Sequence record: SRR20825010_2222
Reading direction: 5' to 3' (one strand)
DNA: 64,000 nucleotides
Shown: positions 49,056 to 58,918 of the stretch, piece by piece
Layout of the letters: each line of letters opens with the position of its first letter
How positions within the stretch are numbered: the first letter of the stretch is position 1
Position numbers and translations under genes: made by a program
The notes under the pieces: generated by a model
The model's database searches: none
What the model saw: only the letters and a program-made list of their open reading frames with translations
What the model was told of the DNA's origin: nothing

Positions 49056-49539
49056 TGGTTTAGTTTAATTGTTAATAATAATTAGATATGCGCACACCCA
49101 AACGCTCCAGATGTCCTAAAAAAAGGCAGAAACGTTTATATTGGAATTTGGTGCATTAAAGTTTGAACTTAATCATTTTGTAGCTTCCTAGCCATAAATC
49201 TTAGCTAAGTAACCTCGGAATTAATACAAACAACATTATTCTGCCTTAGAATTAATTCTACTTAAGGAAACATTAATAAGGGTAAATCTTTACTAAAAAC
49301 AATAGGATCCTATTCAAAAATGGGCGAAAATCAGGAATAAATCAAGGCTCTTCAAGATCAAATCACTAATTAAAAATATCTCGGTTACAACTCCCCAGTC
49401 CAATTAAACAAAGCCAAAAAGGAACAATTTTTAGCAGATAAAATGAAGACTCCTTAATTTTTTTACATTTTTTATACGAATGTGATTTTAAAATACCGTT
49501 CCCTTTTCTTAATTTGCGATTACGAACAGCAAATTAAAT

Positions 49540-51312
49540 ATGCAAGAAATCACCCGCCTTTTTGATTTTCCTTATTATCAATTAGAGAAATTCAATTTAA
49601 AAAAATCACTGGTCACAAAGTACAATGGAGAATGGGTTGCAACATCTACCCAGGAATATATAGACAAGGCAAATGCTATTAGTAGGGCCTTGTTGCGACT
49701 GGGCGTAAAACCTAACGACAAAATTGCGCTTATTTCCATGGCCAACAGAACGGAATGGAATATAATGGACATTGGAATACTTCAAATTGGGGCACAAAAT
49801 GTTCCTATATACCCTACCATTTCGGAAGAAGATTACGCTTATGTTCTAAATCATTCCGAAGCCAAATATGTTTTTGTGTCCTGCACAGAAGTTTTTGACA
49901 AGGTCAATGCCGTAAAAGCGACTACACCACATTTAAAGGATGTATACTCCTTTGACGTACTGGAGAACTGCAAGAATTGGAGCGAAATCTTGGAATTGGG
50001 TACGGATACCTCCAACCAAAATGAGGTAGAAAAACTTAAGGATAAGGTGAAGCCGGATGATTTGGCCACCTTGATTTATACGTCCGGGACCACTGGTAGA
50101 CCTAAAGGGGTAATGCTCACCCACAACAATGTGGTATGCAATGCCATTGAAAGTTCCAAGCGTCTGCCCATAGATTATGGCAATACTACATGTTTAAGCT
50201 TTTTGCCCGTCTGCCATATCTATGAACGAATGATGATGTATCTCTATCAATACGCTGGGGTCACTATCTATTTTGCAGAGTCCATGGATAAAATAAGCGA
50301 CAATCTAAAAGAGTGCGCCCCCCATGTAATGACCGCTGTACCCCGATTATTGGAAAAAGTGTACGATAAAATCATTGCCAAGGGAACCGAACTTACAGGA
50401 ATAAAAAAGAAATTGTTTTTCTGGGCTGTAGAAGTGGGACTGAAATATGAACCATATGGGCAGAACGGTTGGTGGTACGAACAGCAATTGGCAATGGCCA
50501 GAAAATTAATTTTTAACAAGTGGAAAGACGGCCTAGGAGGCAATCTTTCTCTGATAGCCTCCGGTAGTGCTGCCTTACAGCCTAGATTGGCACGTATTTT
50601 CAATGCCGCTGGCTTTGGGGTTATGGAAGGATACGGACTTACGGAAACTTCACCAGTGGTTTCTGTGAACGATATGAGGGATGGCGGATTTAAAATAGGG
50701 ACCGTTGGAAAATTATTGGCTAATACAGAAGTAAAAATTGCGGAAGACGGTGAAATATGTGTTAAAGGGCCACAAGTAATGTTGGGTTATTACAAGGATG
50801 CTGAAAAAACAGCCGAGGTTATAAAGGATGGATATTTTCATACTGGGGATATTGGAGAGATAGATACCGATGGATTTCTCAAGATCACGGACAGAAAGAA
50901 AGAAATGTTCAAAACATCAGGAGGTAAATATGTTGCGCCCCAACTATTGGAAAACAGGTTTAAGCAATCCAGGTTTATAGAACAAATAATGGTTGTAGGC
51001 GAAGGGGAAAAAATGCCGGCAGCCTTGATACAACCAGATTTTGAATTTTTACGCAATTGGGCCAAAATGCACGACATAGAGGTTGGCGACAATAAAAAAA
51101 TGGTCCAAAATGAAAAAGTAAATGCCAGATTCCAAGAGGAAGTGGATGCTGCCAATGAAAGTTTTGCCAAATGGGAAAAGGTGAAACAATTTAGACTTAC
51201 GCCAGATGTATGGAGCATAGACGACGGGCACCTTACGCCTACCATGAAATTAAAGCGAAAAATAGTAAAAGAAAAGTATATGGATCTTTACAATGACATT
51301 TACCGGCATTAG
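49540..51312 (+). CDS. fadD: Long-chain fatty acid-CoA ligase
   Basis: YTSGTTGRPKG, EGYGLTE, TGDIG and TPTMKLKR motifs. Confidence 0.92.
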   Translation: MQEITRLFDFPYYQLEKFNLKKSLVTKYNGEWVATSTQEYIDKANAISRALLRLGVKPNDKIALISMANRTEWNIMDIGILQIGAQNVPIYPTISEEDYAYVLNHSEAKYVFVSCTEVFDKVNAVKATTPHLKDVYSFDVLENCKNWSEILELGTDTSNQNEVEKLKDKVKPDDLATLIYTSGTTGRPKGVMLTHNNVVCNAIESSKRLPIDYGNTTCLSFLPVCHIYERMMMYLYQYAGVTIYFAESMDKISDNLKECAPHVMTAVPRLLEKVYDKIIAKGTELTGIKKKLFFWAVEVGLKYEPYGQNGWWYEQQLAMARKLIFNKWKDGLGGNLSLIASGSAALQPRLARIFNAAGFGVMEGYGLTETSPVVSVNDMRDGGFKIGTVGKLLANTEVKIAEDGEICVKGPQVMLGYYKDAEKTAEVIKDGYFHTGDIGEIDTDGFLKITDRKKEMFKTSGGKYVAPQLLENRFKQSRFIEQIMVVGEGEKMPAALIQPDFEFLRNWAKMHDIEVGDNKKMVQNEKVNARFQEEVDAANESFAKWEKVKQFRLTPDVWSIDDGHLTPTMKLKRKIVKEKYMDLYNDIYRH

Positions 51313-51334
51313 TGACTTGTCCCAAACCAAATTA

Positions 51335-51364
51335 AAAACAGCTTCTGTAACCAGAAGCTGTTTT
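51335..51364 (+). terminator. Terminator after fadD
   Basis: AAAACAGCTTCTG-taac-CAGAAGCTGTTTT. Confidence 0.85.
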
Positions 51365-51390
51365 ATTTTATAGAGACCATATTTTTTTTG

Positions 51391-51429
51391 AAATATATTA
51401 TGCATGCATAATATATTTTTATATCTTTG
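51391..51429 (+). promoter_or_regulatory. Putative MarR operator adjoining the -7 promoter element
   Basis: Perfect 28-bp palindrome 51391-51418, then TATCTTTG at 51422-51429. Confidence 0.75.
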
Positions 51430-51448
51430 AAAGAACCAACAAAACAGC

Positions 51449-51880
51449 ATGCAAGACATAACAATAGATTACGCGCTCCGAGCAACTTGGCAAGCGGTCA
51501 CAAAGATGTATAACGAGGAGGCGAGGAAATTCAACAGTACTATGGCCGTAGGCTTTACATTATTGAGTATAGACCCCAAAACCGGTACCCCCTCCACCGC
51601 CCTTGGCCCAAAAATGGGTATGGAGGCCACGAGTCTCTCGCGGATATTGAAAAGTATGGAGGAAAAGGGACTTATTGAACGCAGGCCCAACCCCAATGAT
51701 GGTAGGGGTGTTCTGATACACCTCACGGCTTTTGGCCTGGAAAAGAGGAAGGATTCAAAAGATGTTGTACTTCGTTTCAACGATGTGGTGAAGACACATG
51801 TACCCAAAGAAAAATTGGAAACTTTTTTTGAGGTAACGGAGATCATCAACAAACTAATTGCGGAAAAGAAAATTTATTAA
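51449..51880 (+). CDS. MarR family transcriptional regulator
   Basis: wHTH SLSRILKSMEEKGLIER..DGR..LT..G. Confidence 0.92.
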   Translation: MQDITIDYALRATWQAVTKMYNEEARKFNSTMAVGFTLLSIDPKTGTPSTALGPKMGMEATSLSRILKSMEEKGLIERRPNPNDGRGVLIHLTAFGLEKRKDSKDVVLRFNDVVKTHVPKEKLETFFEVTEIINKLIAEKKIY

Positions 51881-51913
51881 TAGAGTAAAAAACTAGTTAA
51901 CACCTTTTTATTG

Positions 51914-54304
51914 ATGAACAAACACATTAAAAAAGTAGCAGTTATTGGTTCTGGTATAATGGGAAGCGGCATAGCCTGCCATTTCGCCAACATAGGAGTG
52001 GAGGTATTGCTCTTGGATATTATACCACGGGAACTCAATGATAAAGAAAAAGCAAATGGCCTTACCCTAGAGGATAAGGTAGTTAGAAATAGATTGGTAA
52101 ACGATTCCTTGGCCGCTGCATTAAAATCCAAACCCTCCCCTATTTATCATCAAAATTTTGCCCAAAGAATCTCGACCGGGAATCTTGAGGACGACATTTC
52201 CAAAGTTGACCAGGTAGATTGGATCATTGAAGTGGTAGTAGAACGTCTGGATATCAAAAAAATAGTTTTTGAAAAACTGGACAAGCACAGAAAGCCGGGC
52301 ACTTTAATTACTTCCAACACCTCGGGCATACCCATAAAATTTATGAGTGAGGGAAGAAGTGAAGATTTCCAAAAACATTTCTGCGGAACACACTTTTTTA
52401 ATCCGGCCCGATACTTAAAGCTTTTTGAAATAATTCCTGGACCCAAAACTTCTCCCGAAGTATTGGATTTCTTAAATGGCTATGGGGAACAGTTTTTAGG
52501 CAAGACCTCGGTGATAGCCAAAGATACTCCGGCGTTTATTGGTAATAGAATAGGTACCTTTAGCATAATGAGTTTGTTCCATGCCGTAAAGGAGATGGAC
52601 CTTACCGTTGAGGAAATAGATAAACTTTCAGGACCGGTAATAGGTAGACCAAAATCGGCCACCTTCCGCACCGTAGACGTTGTTGGCTTGGACACTTTGG
52701 TACATGTCGCCAATGGTATTGCAGAAAATTGTAAGGATGATGAAAGACGGGAACAATTTACACTTCCGGATTTCATCGGAAAAATGATGGAAAATAAATG
52801 GTTCGGAAGTAAAACAGGGCAAGGCTTCTATAAAAAGGAAGGTCGGGAAATCTTGGCCTTGGACCTGAACACAATGGAATACCGGGCTAGTAAAAAGGCT
52901 AGTTTTGCCACCCTTGAACTCACCAAATCCATAGAAAATGTAATCGACCGATTTAAGGTGTTGGTTACCGGAAAGGACAAGGCAGGTGCCTTTTACAGAA
53001 AAAGTTTTTCCTCCTTATTTGAATATGCCTCCAATAGAATCCCTGAAATAACCGAAGAATTATATAAAATAGATGACGCCATGAAAGCAGGTTTTGCCTG
53101 GGGACATGGCCCCTTTCAAATTTGGGATGCCATAGGTGTTGAAAAAGGGATTGAAATGATGAAAGCCGAAGGTTTTCAACCGGCGGCCTGGGTTACCGAA
53201 ATGATATCCTCAGGAAATAAATCGTTCTACACCATTAAAGACGGGGCAACCTATTTCTACGACATTCCCAAAAAGGCGATGGCGAAAATACCAGGTCAGG
53301 ATTCCTTTATCATTTTGGACAATATTAGAAAATCCAATGAGGTTTGGAAAAACTCGGGAGTTGTTATTGAGGATTTGGGCGATGGTATATTGAATGTGGA
53401 ATTCCAGTCCAAAATGAACACCATTGGTGGCGATGTATTGGCCGGACTCAACAAGGCCATTGATTTGGCAGAAAAAGACTTTCAAGGTCTGGTGGTGGGC
53501 AACCAGGCACCCAACTTTTCTGTTGGCGCTAATATTGGAATGATATTTATGATGGCCGTAGAACAGGAATACGATGAGCTTAACATGGCCATAAAGATGT
53601 TTCAGGATACAATGATGCGTATGCGTTATTCATCCATACCTACTGTTTCTGCCCCACACGGAATGACTTTGGGTGGTGGTTGTGAGTTGTCTTTACATGC
53701 CGATAAGGTTGTTGCCGCAGCTGAAACCTACATGGGGCTGGTAGAATTCGGAGTTGGGGTCATACCAGGAGGTGGTGGTTCCAAGGAAATGGCATTAAGG
53801 GCATCGGATACCTTTAGGAAAAATGATGTTGAGCTTAATGTACTTCAAGAATATTTCCTCACCATTGGAATGGCAAAAGTTTCAACATCCGCTTATGAGG
53901 CCTATGATATGGGAGTTCTTGAAAAAGGGAAAGATATAGTGGTCGTAAATAAGGACCGACAAATTGCAACAGCCAAAGCTTATGCCAAACTAATGGCAGA
54001 ACAGGGCTATACCCAACCTCCAAAGAGAAAAGACGTAAAGGTTCTTGGAAAACAGGCCCTAGGTATGTTTTTGGTAGGAACGGATGCCATGGAGGACAGT
54101 AATTATATAAGTGAGCACGACCATAAGATTGCCAACAAATTAGCCTATGTAATGGCCGGTGGTGACTTGTCGGAACCAACCTTGGTCACTGAACAATATC
54201 TATTGGATCTGGAACGGGAAGCATTCCTATCCCTCTGTACGGAAAGAAAAACCTTGGAACGAATACAACATATGTTGAAGACAGGGAAGCCGTTAAGAAA
54301 TTAA
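51914..54304 (+). CDS. 3-hydroxyacyl-CoA dehydrogenase/enoyl-CoA hydratase (FadN-type)
   Basis: GSGIMG, SNTS, HFFNP and C-terminal crotonase GGGCE motifs. Confidence 0.94.
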   Translation: MNKHIKKVAVIGSGIMGSGIACHFANIGVEVLLLDIIPRELNDKEKANGLTLEDKVVRNRLVNDSLAAALKSKPSPIYHQNFAQRISTGNLEDDISKVDQVDWIIEVVVERLDIKKIVFEKLDKHRKPGTLITSNTSGIPIKFMSEGRSEDFQKHFCGTHFFNPARYLKLFEIIPGPKTSPEVLDFLNGYGEQFLGKTSVIAKDTPAFIGNRIGTFSIMSLFHAVKEMDLTVEEIDKLSGPVIGRPKSATFRTVDVVGLDTLVHVANGIAENCKDDERREQFTLPDFIGKMMENKWFGSKTGQGFYKKEGREILALDLNTMEYRASKKASFATLELTKSIENVIDRFKVLVTGKDKAGAFYRKSFSSLFEYASNRIPEITEELYKIDDAMKAGFAWGHGPFQIWDAIGVEKGIEMMKAEGFQPAAWVTEMISSGNKSFYTIKDGATYFYDIPKKAMAKIPGQDSFIILDNIRKSNEVWKNSGVVIEDLGDGILNVEFQSKMNTIGGDVLAGLNKAIDLAEKDFQGLVVGNQAPNFSVGANIGMIFMMAVEQEYDELNMAIKMFQDTMMRMRYSSIPTVSAPHGMTLGGGCELSLHADKVVAAAETYMGLVEFGVGVIPGGGGSKEMALRASDTFRKNDVELNVLQEYFLTIGMAKVSTSAYEAYDMGVLEKGKDIVVVNKDRQIATAKAYAKLMAEQGYTQPPKRKDVKVLGKQALGMFLVGTDAMEDSNYISEHDHKIANKLAYVMAGGDLSEPTLVTEQYLLDLEREAFLSLCTERKTLERIQHMLKTGKPLRN

Positions 54305-54310
54305 TACATC

Positions 54311-54343
54311 TAGTATTGAGATTTGAGTATCTAGTTATTAGAC
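54311..54343. repeat. Left heptamer repeat array
   Basis: TAGTATT GAGATTT GAGTATC TAGTTAT TAGAC; complementary to the right array. Confidence 0.75.
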
Positions 54344-54347
54344 ACCT

Positions 54348-54695
54348 ATGCATAAGGTTGAGGAATTAATAATATGGAAGAAGTCTATGGAATTAACGAA
54401 ATCTGTCTATCAACTTGTCTCGGAATTGCCGAAAGATGAAAAATTTGGACTTATCTCTCAAATTAAAAGAAGCTCAATCTCTATTCCTTCAAACATTGCC
54501 GAAGGAGCTGGAAGAAATTCAAATAAAGAATTTAAACATTTTTTGAGCATTGCAAATGGTTCGATATATGAACTGCAAACTCAATTAATTTTGTTGATAG
54601 ACTTAAATATAGTTACAAAAGAAAAAGTACAACCAGTAATTGAAACATGTATTGAAATTCAAAAAATGAATTATTCATTTCAACGAAAATTATGA
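54348..54695 (+). CDS. Four helix bundle protein (23S rRNA IVS protein/Avd-like family)
   Basis: L.IWKKS, P.DEKFGLISQIKR, SIPSNIAEG.GR and FLSIANGS..ELQTQL motifs. Confidence 0.92.
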   Translation: MHKVEELIIWKKSMELTKSVYQLVSELPKDEKFGLISQIKRSSISIPSNIAEGAGRNSNKEFKHFLSIANGSIYELQTQLILLIDLNIVTKEKVQPVIETCIEIQKMNYSFQRKL

Positions 54696-54700
54696 CACTC

Positions 54701-54742
54701 ATTACTAAAATCTCAATACTCAATACTAAAATCTCAATACTA
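54701..54742. repeat. Right heptamer repeat array
   Basis: ATTACTA AAATCTC AATACTC AATACTA AAATCTC AATACTA. Confidence 0.8.
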
Positions 54743-54749
54743 AAATAAA

Positions 54750-55940
54750 ATGAAACAAGCATTTATAGTAAAAGCATATAGGACCGCAGTAGGAAAAGCT
54801 CCAAAAGGTGTTTTCCGTTTTAAGAGAACGGATGAGCTGGCTGCCGAAACCATAGCGTATATGATGAATGAATTGCCACAATTGGACAAAAAACGCATTG
54901 ATGACGTTATTGTTGGAAACGCTATGCCAGAGGGTTCCCAAGGTCTCAACATGGCCAGATTAATCTCTTTAATGGGACTTAATATTGTTGATGTACCGGG
55001 GGTTACGGTAAATAGATTTTGTTCTTCTGGAATAGAAACTATTGGTATAGCCACCGCCAAAATACAAGCTGGCATGGCCGACTGTATCATTGCTGGTGGG
55101 GCAGAAAGTATGAGTGCCGTTCCTATGACCGGTTATAAAACGGAGCTCAACTATGACCTTGCAAAGGCCGGTCACGAAGATTATTACTGGGGCATGGGAA
55201 ATACTGCGGAAGCGGTAGCCAAACAATTTAATGTGTCCCGTGAGGACCAGGACGAGTTTGCCTACAACTCGCATATGAAAGCGCTTAGGGCTCAGGCCGA
55301 GGACCGTTTTCAAAGTCAGATTGTTCCTATTGAGGTAGAACAGACCTACGTTGATGATAACGGAAAGAGGGCAACAAAAAAATACACAGTGACCAAAGAT
55401 GAGGGACCACGTAAAGGAACCAGCAAGGAAGCTCTGGCAGGACTGCGTCCGGTTTTCGCCGCAGGGGGAAGTGTCACTGCCGGTAATTCCTCACAGATGA
55501 GCGATGGCGCAGCTTTTGTACTGGTAATGAGTGAAGATATGGTAAAGGAGCTAAAATTGGAACCAATTGCAAGATTGGTCAACTATGCCGCAGCCGGAGT
55601 TGAACCCAGAATCATGGGAATTGGCCCTGTAAAAGCAATTCCAAAAGCCCTAAAACAAGCCGGTCTTAAACAGAACGATATTGAATTGATAGAGCTGAAC
55701 GAAGCCTTCGCTTCACAGTCATTGGCTGTAATTCGAGAGCTAGACCTAAACAATGATATAGTCAATGTAAATGGGGGGGCCATAGCTCTTGGCCACCCTT
55801 TGGGCTGTACAGGAGCCAAGTTGTCCGTTCAACTTTTTGATGAGATGAGAAAGAGGGATATGAAAGGGAAATACGGCATGGTGACCATGTGCGTAGGTAC
55901 TGGACAGGGAGCAGCGGGTATTTTTGAATTTTTAAATTAA
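54750..55940 (+). CDS. fadA: Acetyl-CoA C-acyltransferase (thiolase)
   Basis: NRFCSSG, NEAF, GHPLG and CVGTG motifs. Confidence 0.94.
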   Translation: MKQAFIVKAYRTAVGKAPKGVFRFKRTDELAAETIAYMMNELPQLDKKRIDDVIVGNAMPEGSQGLNMARLISLMGLNIVDVPGVTVNRFCSSGIETIGIATAKIQAGMADCIIAGGAESMSAVPMTGYKTELNYDLAKAGHEDYYWGMGNTAEAVAKQFNVSREDQDEFAYNSHMKALRAQAEDRFQSQIVPIEVEQTYVDDNGKRATKKYTVTKDEGPRKGTSKEALAGLRPVFAAGGSVTAGNSSQMSDGAAFVLVMSEDMVKELKLEPIARLVNYAAAGVEPRIMGIGPVKAIPKALKQAGLKQNDIELIELNEAFASQSLAVIRELDLNNDIVNVNGGAIALGHPLGCTGAKLSVQLFDEMRKRDMKGKYGMVTMCVGTGQGAAGIFEFLN

Positions 55941-56020
55941 AATTACAAGACATATTTATTGAGGCGCTTGCTATTTCAATATACCCTTCAATACATATTA
56001 AAAACTTAATAACAAGAACA

Positions 56021-57829
56021 ATGAGTACAGAAACAACAACTAAAGAAATATTAAGGGGTGGACAATTCCTAGTTAAGGAAACCAATTGTGAGGATATTTT
56101 TACGCCTGAGGATTTTTCCGAAGAGCAAAAAATGATGCGCGACTCCGTTATTGAGTTCAACGATCGGGAGATTGTAGCCAATCGGGATCGTTTCGAAGCC
56201 AAGGATTATGCCCTGACACAGGAGGTAATGACCAAGGCCGGAGAAATGGGCTTTTTGGGTGTTGCCGTTCCTGAAGCCTATGGTGGATTGGGAATGGGCT
56301 TTATTTCCACTATGATCGTTTGTGAATATATTTCTAGTGGTAGTGGTTCCTTTAGTACAGCCTTTGGTGCACATACCGGTATAGGCACCATGCCCATAAC
56401 TTTATACGGTACCGAAGCCCAAAAGCAAAAATATGTTCCAAAATTGGCCACAGGTGAATGGTTCGGTGCTTACTGTTTAACAGAACCAGGGGCCGGTAGT
56501 GATGCCAATTCGGGCAAAACCACAGCCACCCTTTCCGCTGATGGTAAGAGCTACAAGATAAATGGCCAGAAAATGTGGATTTCCAATGCCGGGTTCTGCA
56601 AATTATTTATTGTTTTTGCACGAATTGAAAATGACAAAAATATAACCGGTTTTATAGTAGAAAATGATCCTAGTAATGGTATTACTTTGGGGGAGGAAGA
56701 ACATAAATTGGGAATCCGTGCCTCTTCTACCAGACAGGTTTTCTTTAACGATACGGTAGTTCCAGTTGAAAACATGCTTTCCGAAAGGGGAAATGGTTTT
56801 AAAATTGCAATGAACGCCTTAAACATTGGACGAATTAAATTGGCGGCCGCCTGTTTGGACTCGCAAAGACGAATTACTACCAACGCCTTAAGATATGCTA
56901 CGGAACGTAAGCAGTTTAAAACGGCCATAGTAGATTTCGGGGCAATAAAATCGAAGTTGGCGGAAATGGCGACCAGTTTGTATGCTGGGGAAGCTGCCTC
57001 ATACAGAGCTGCCAAAAATATTGAGGACCGTATTGCCATGCGCTTGGCGGCCGGTAATAGCCACCAGGAAGCAGAACTTAAAGGTGTGGAGGAATATGCC
57101 ATTGAATGTTCTATATTAAAAGTTGCCGTATCCGAAGACGTTCAGAACTGCTCGGATGAGGGTATCCAAATTTTTGGCGGTATGGGCTTTTCCGAAGAAA
57201 CCCCAATGGAAGCAGCCTGGAGAGATGCCCGTATAGCCAGAATATATGAAGGTACCAATGAGATCAACAGAATGTTATCCGTTGGCCTCTTGGTCAAAAA
57301 AGCCATGAAAGGGCATGTAGATCTTTTGGGTCCGGCTACAGCCGTAGGGAATGAACTAATGGGCATTCCTTCTTTTGACACCCCGGACTATTCCGAATTG
57401 TTGTCTGAAGAAAAAGAAATGGTTGCAAAGCTTAAGAAAGTTTTCTTACTGGTGGCCGGTTCTGCGGTCCAGAAATATGGACCTGCCCTAGATGAACATC
57501 AAATGTTACTGTTGGCTGCATCCAATATTTTGATAGAGATATATTTGGCGGAATCTGCCATCTTAAGAACTGAAAAAAATGCAAAACGATTTGGGGAAGC
57601 GGCCCAAAAAGAACAAATAGCCATGTCCAAATTGTACCTGTACAATGCAGTGGACACAGTTATAAAAAATGGCAAGGAAGCTATAGTATCAATGGCTGAG
57701 GGCGATGAGCAACATATGATGCTTATGGGCCTAAAACGGTTTACCAAATATATAAACCAACCCAACGTAGTTGAACTGCGAAATACAATTGCCGATAAAC
57801 TCAAGGCTGAAAACAAGTATTGTTTTTAG
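56021..57829 (+). CDS. Acyl-CoA dehydrogenase (FadE-like)
   Basis: YCLTEP.AGSD, GQKMWISN, QIFGGMG and IYEGTNEI motifs. Confidence 0.93.
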   Translation: MSTETTTKEILRGGQFLVKETNCEDIFTPEDFSEEQKMMRDSVIEFNDREIVANRDRFEAKDYALTQEVMTKAGEMGFLGVAVPEAYGGLGMGFISTMIVCEYISSGSGSFSTAFGAHTGIGTMPITLYGTEAQKQKYVPKLATGEWFGAYCLTEPGAGSDANSGKTTATLSADGKSYKINGQKMWISNAGFCKLFIVFARIENDKNITGFIVENDPSNGITLGEEEHKLGIRASSTRQVFFNDTVVPVENMLSERGNGFKIAMNALNIGRIKLAAACLDSQRRITTNALRYATERKQFKTAIVDFGAIKSKLAEMATSLYAGEAASYRAAKNIEDRIAMRLAAGNSHQEAELKGVEEYAIECSILKVAVSEDVQNCSDEGIQIFGGMGFSEETPMEAAWRDARIARIYEGTNEINRMLSVGLLVKKAMKGHVDLLGPATAVGNELMGIPSFDTPDYSELLSEEKEMVAKLKKVFLLVAGSAVQKYGPALDEHQMLLLAASNILIEIYLAESAILRTEKNAKRFGEAAQKEQIAMSKLYLYNAVDTVIKNGKEAIVSMAEGDEQHMMLMGLKRFTKYINQPNVVELRNTIADKLKAENKYCF

Positions 57830-57876
57830 TGAAGATTGACTAACTCAAGCTCATGCTTCGTAATGAAGCGAAACCG

Positions 57877-57910
57877 AAGAACCGCTCTAAAAAGAGCGGT
57901 TCTTTATTTT
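57877..57910 (+). terminator. Terminator of the fad operon
   Basis: AAGAACCGCTCT-aaaa-AGAGCGGTTCTTTATTTT. Confidence 0.88.
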
Positions 57911-58329
57911 ATACTATTATCCAGAGAATTAAGAAAAGGTGTAAGCATTATCTAGGAAACTTGATCCATTTTGAAATATAAAAGTGAATACTGAATCTAT
58001 AAGAGCGAATGGTACCGGCCAGGCATAGGCCTATTTTACGGATACTTTTTATTTCTGCTGATTGACCAAAAGATTTTTCGAGTTAATATTCTATTCATTT
58101 GACGCATCCTTTATTTAAAACTTCCCCTAAATTTATGATTATGTGGAGCTAAAACAGTTTGCAGGAAATTTTAAAACCTTCCGAAAACTGCAAACAGAAA
58201 AAACTGAAAATTAGTCATCCAAGTTGGAATGGTGACATACCTATATTGTGATAAACAGGATTTAAGTGCATAAATCAATGTAAATATAATATTCCTCAGC
58301 CGGCAGATAATCAATTAAAATATACAGTT

Positions 58330-58767
58330 ATGAATCCTATTAACATTTTTCTAGCGGACGATGATGAAGATGATCGGGAACTTTTTATGGACGCCTTGTC
58401 CGAATTGCCAATTGAAACCTCGGTAAAACAATTTGAAAATGGGGTCGACCTAATGGCGGAATTATATTCTGGCAACCCCAAGCCAGACACCATTTTTTTA
58501 GACCTACGTATGCCCCTTATGGACGGATTTGAATGCCTAACGGATATCCGTAGCATCCCCGAATTGTCGGAAATCCAAATAATCATTTATTCCACATCGT
58601 TTAATCAAAATGAAGTAGACCAACTGAAAGAGGCCGGAGCAAATCTTTACATAAAGAAACCCAACTCATACAATCAATTGAAAACCGTATTATATAAATC
58701 TTTGAAGCCTTTTCAAAATACAACCTCAAAGACCAGTGATGATTTGAGTTTTACGGTCATTGTCTAG
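58330..58767 (+). CDS. Single-domain response regulator
   Basis: LADDD, LDLRMP, YSTS and KP motifs. Confidence 0.9.
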   Translation: MNPINIFLADDDEDDRELFMDALSELPIETSVKQFENGVDLMAELYSGNPKPDTIFLDLRMPLMDGFECLTDIRSIPELSEIQIIIYSTSFNQNEVDQLKEAGANLYIKKPNSYNQLKTVLYKSLKPFQNTTSKTSDDLSFTVIV

Positions 58768-58918
58768 AACTTTAACAATTGTACACATGGTACATACTAT
58801 CTAAACTTATCCATTGGTTAAATTTAGTGGACTGGTGCTCAACCCCAAACATGAGAAGATATATTCTAATCTCAGCTGCTCCATAGCTTCAGGGTGTAAA
58901 AGATAAAATTAGCGTCTT

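Noticed and set aside
49088-49159. 23-aa basic ORF MRTPKRSRCPKKRQKRLYWNLVH in the long intergenic region
   Set aside because: No paralog, promoter or terminator support; compatible with chance
54348-54695. Diversity-generating retroelement or classical IS
   Set aside because: No reverse transcriptase, TR/VR pair, transposase or clear target-site duplication in the window
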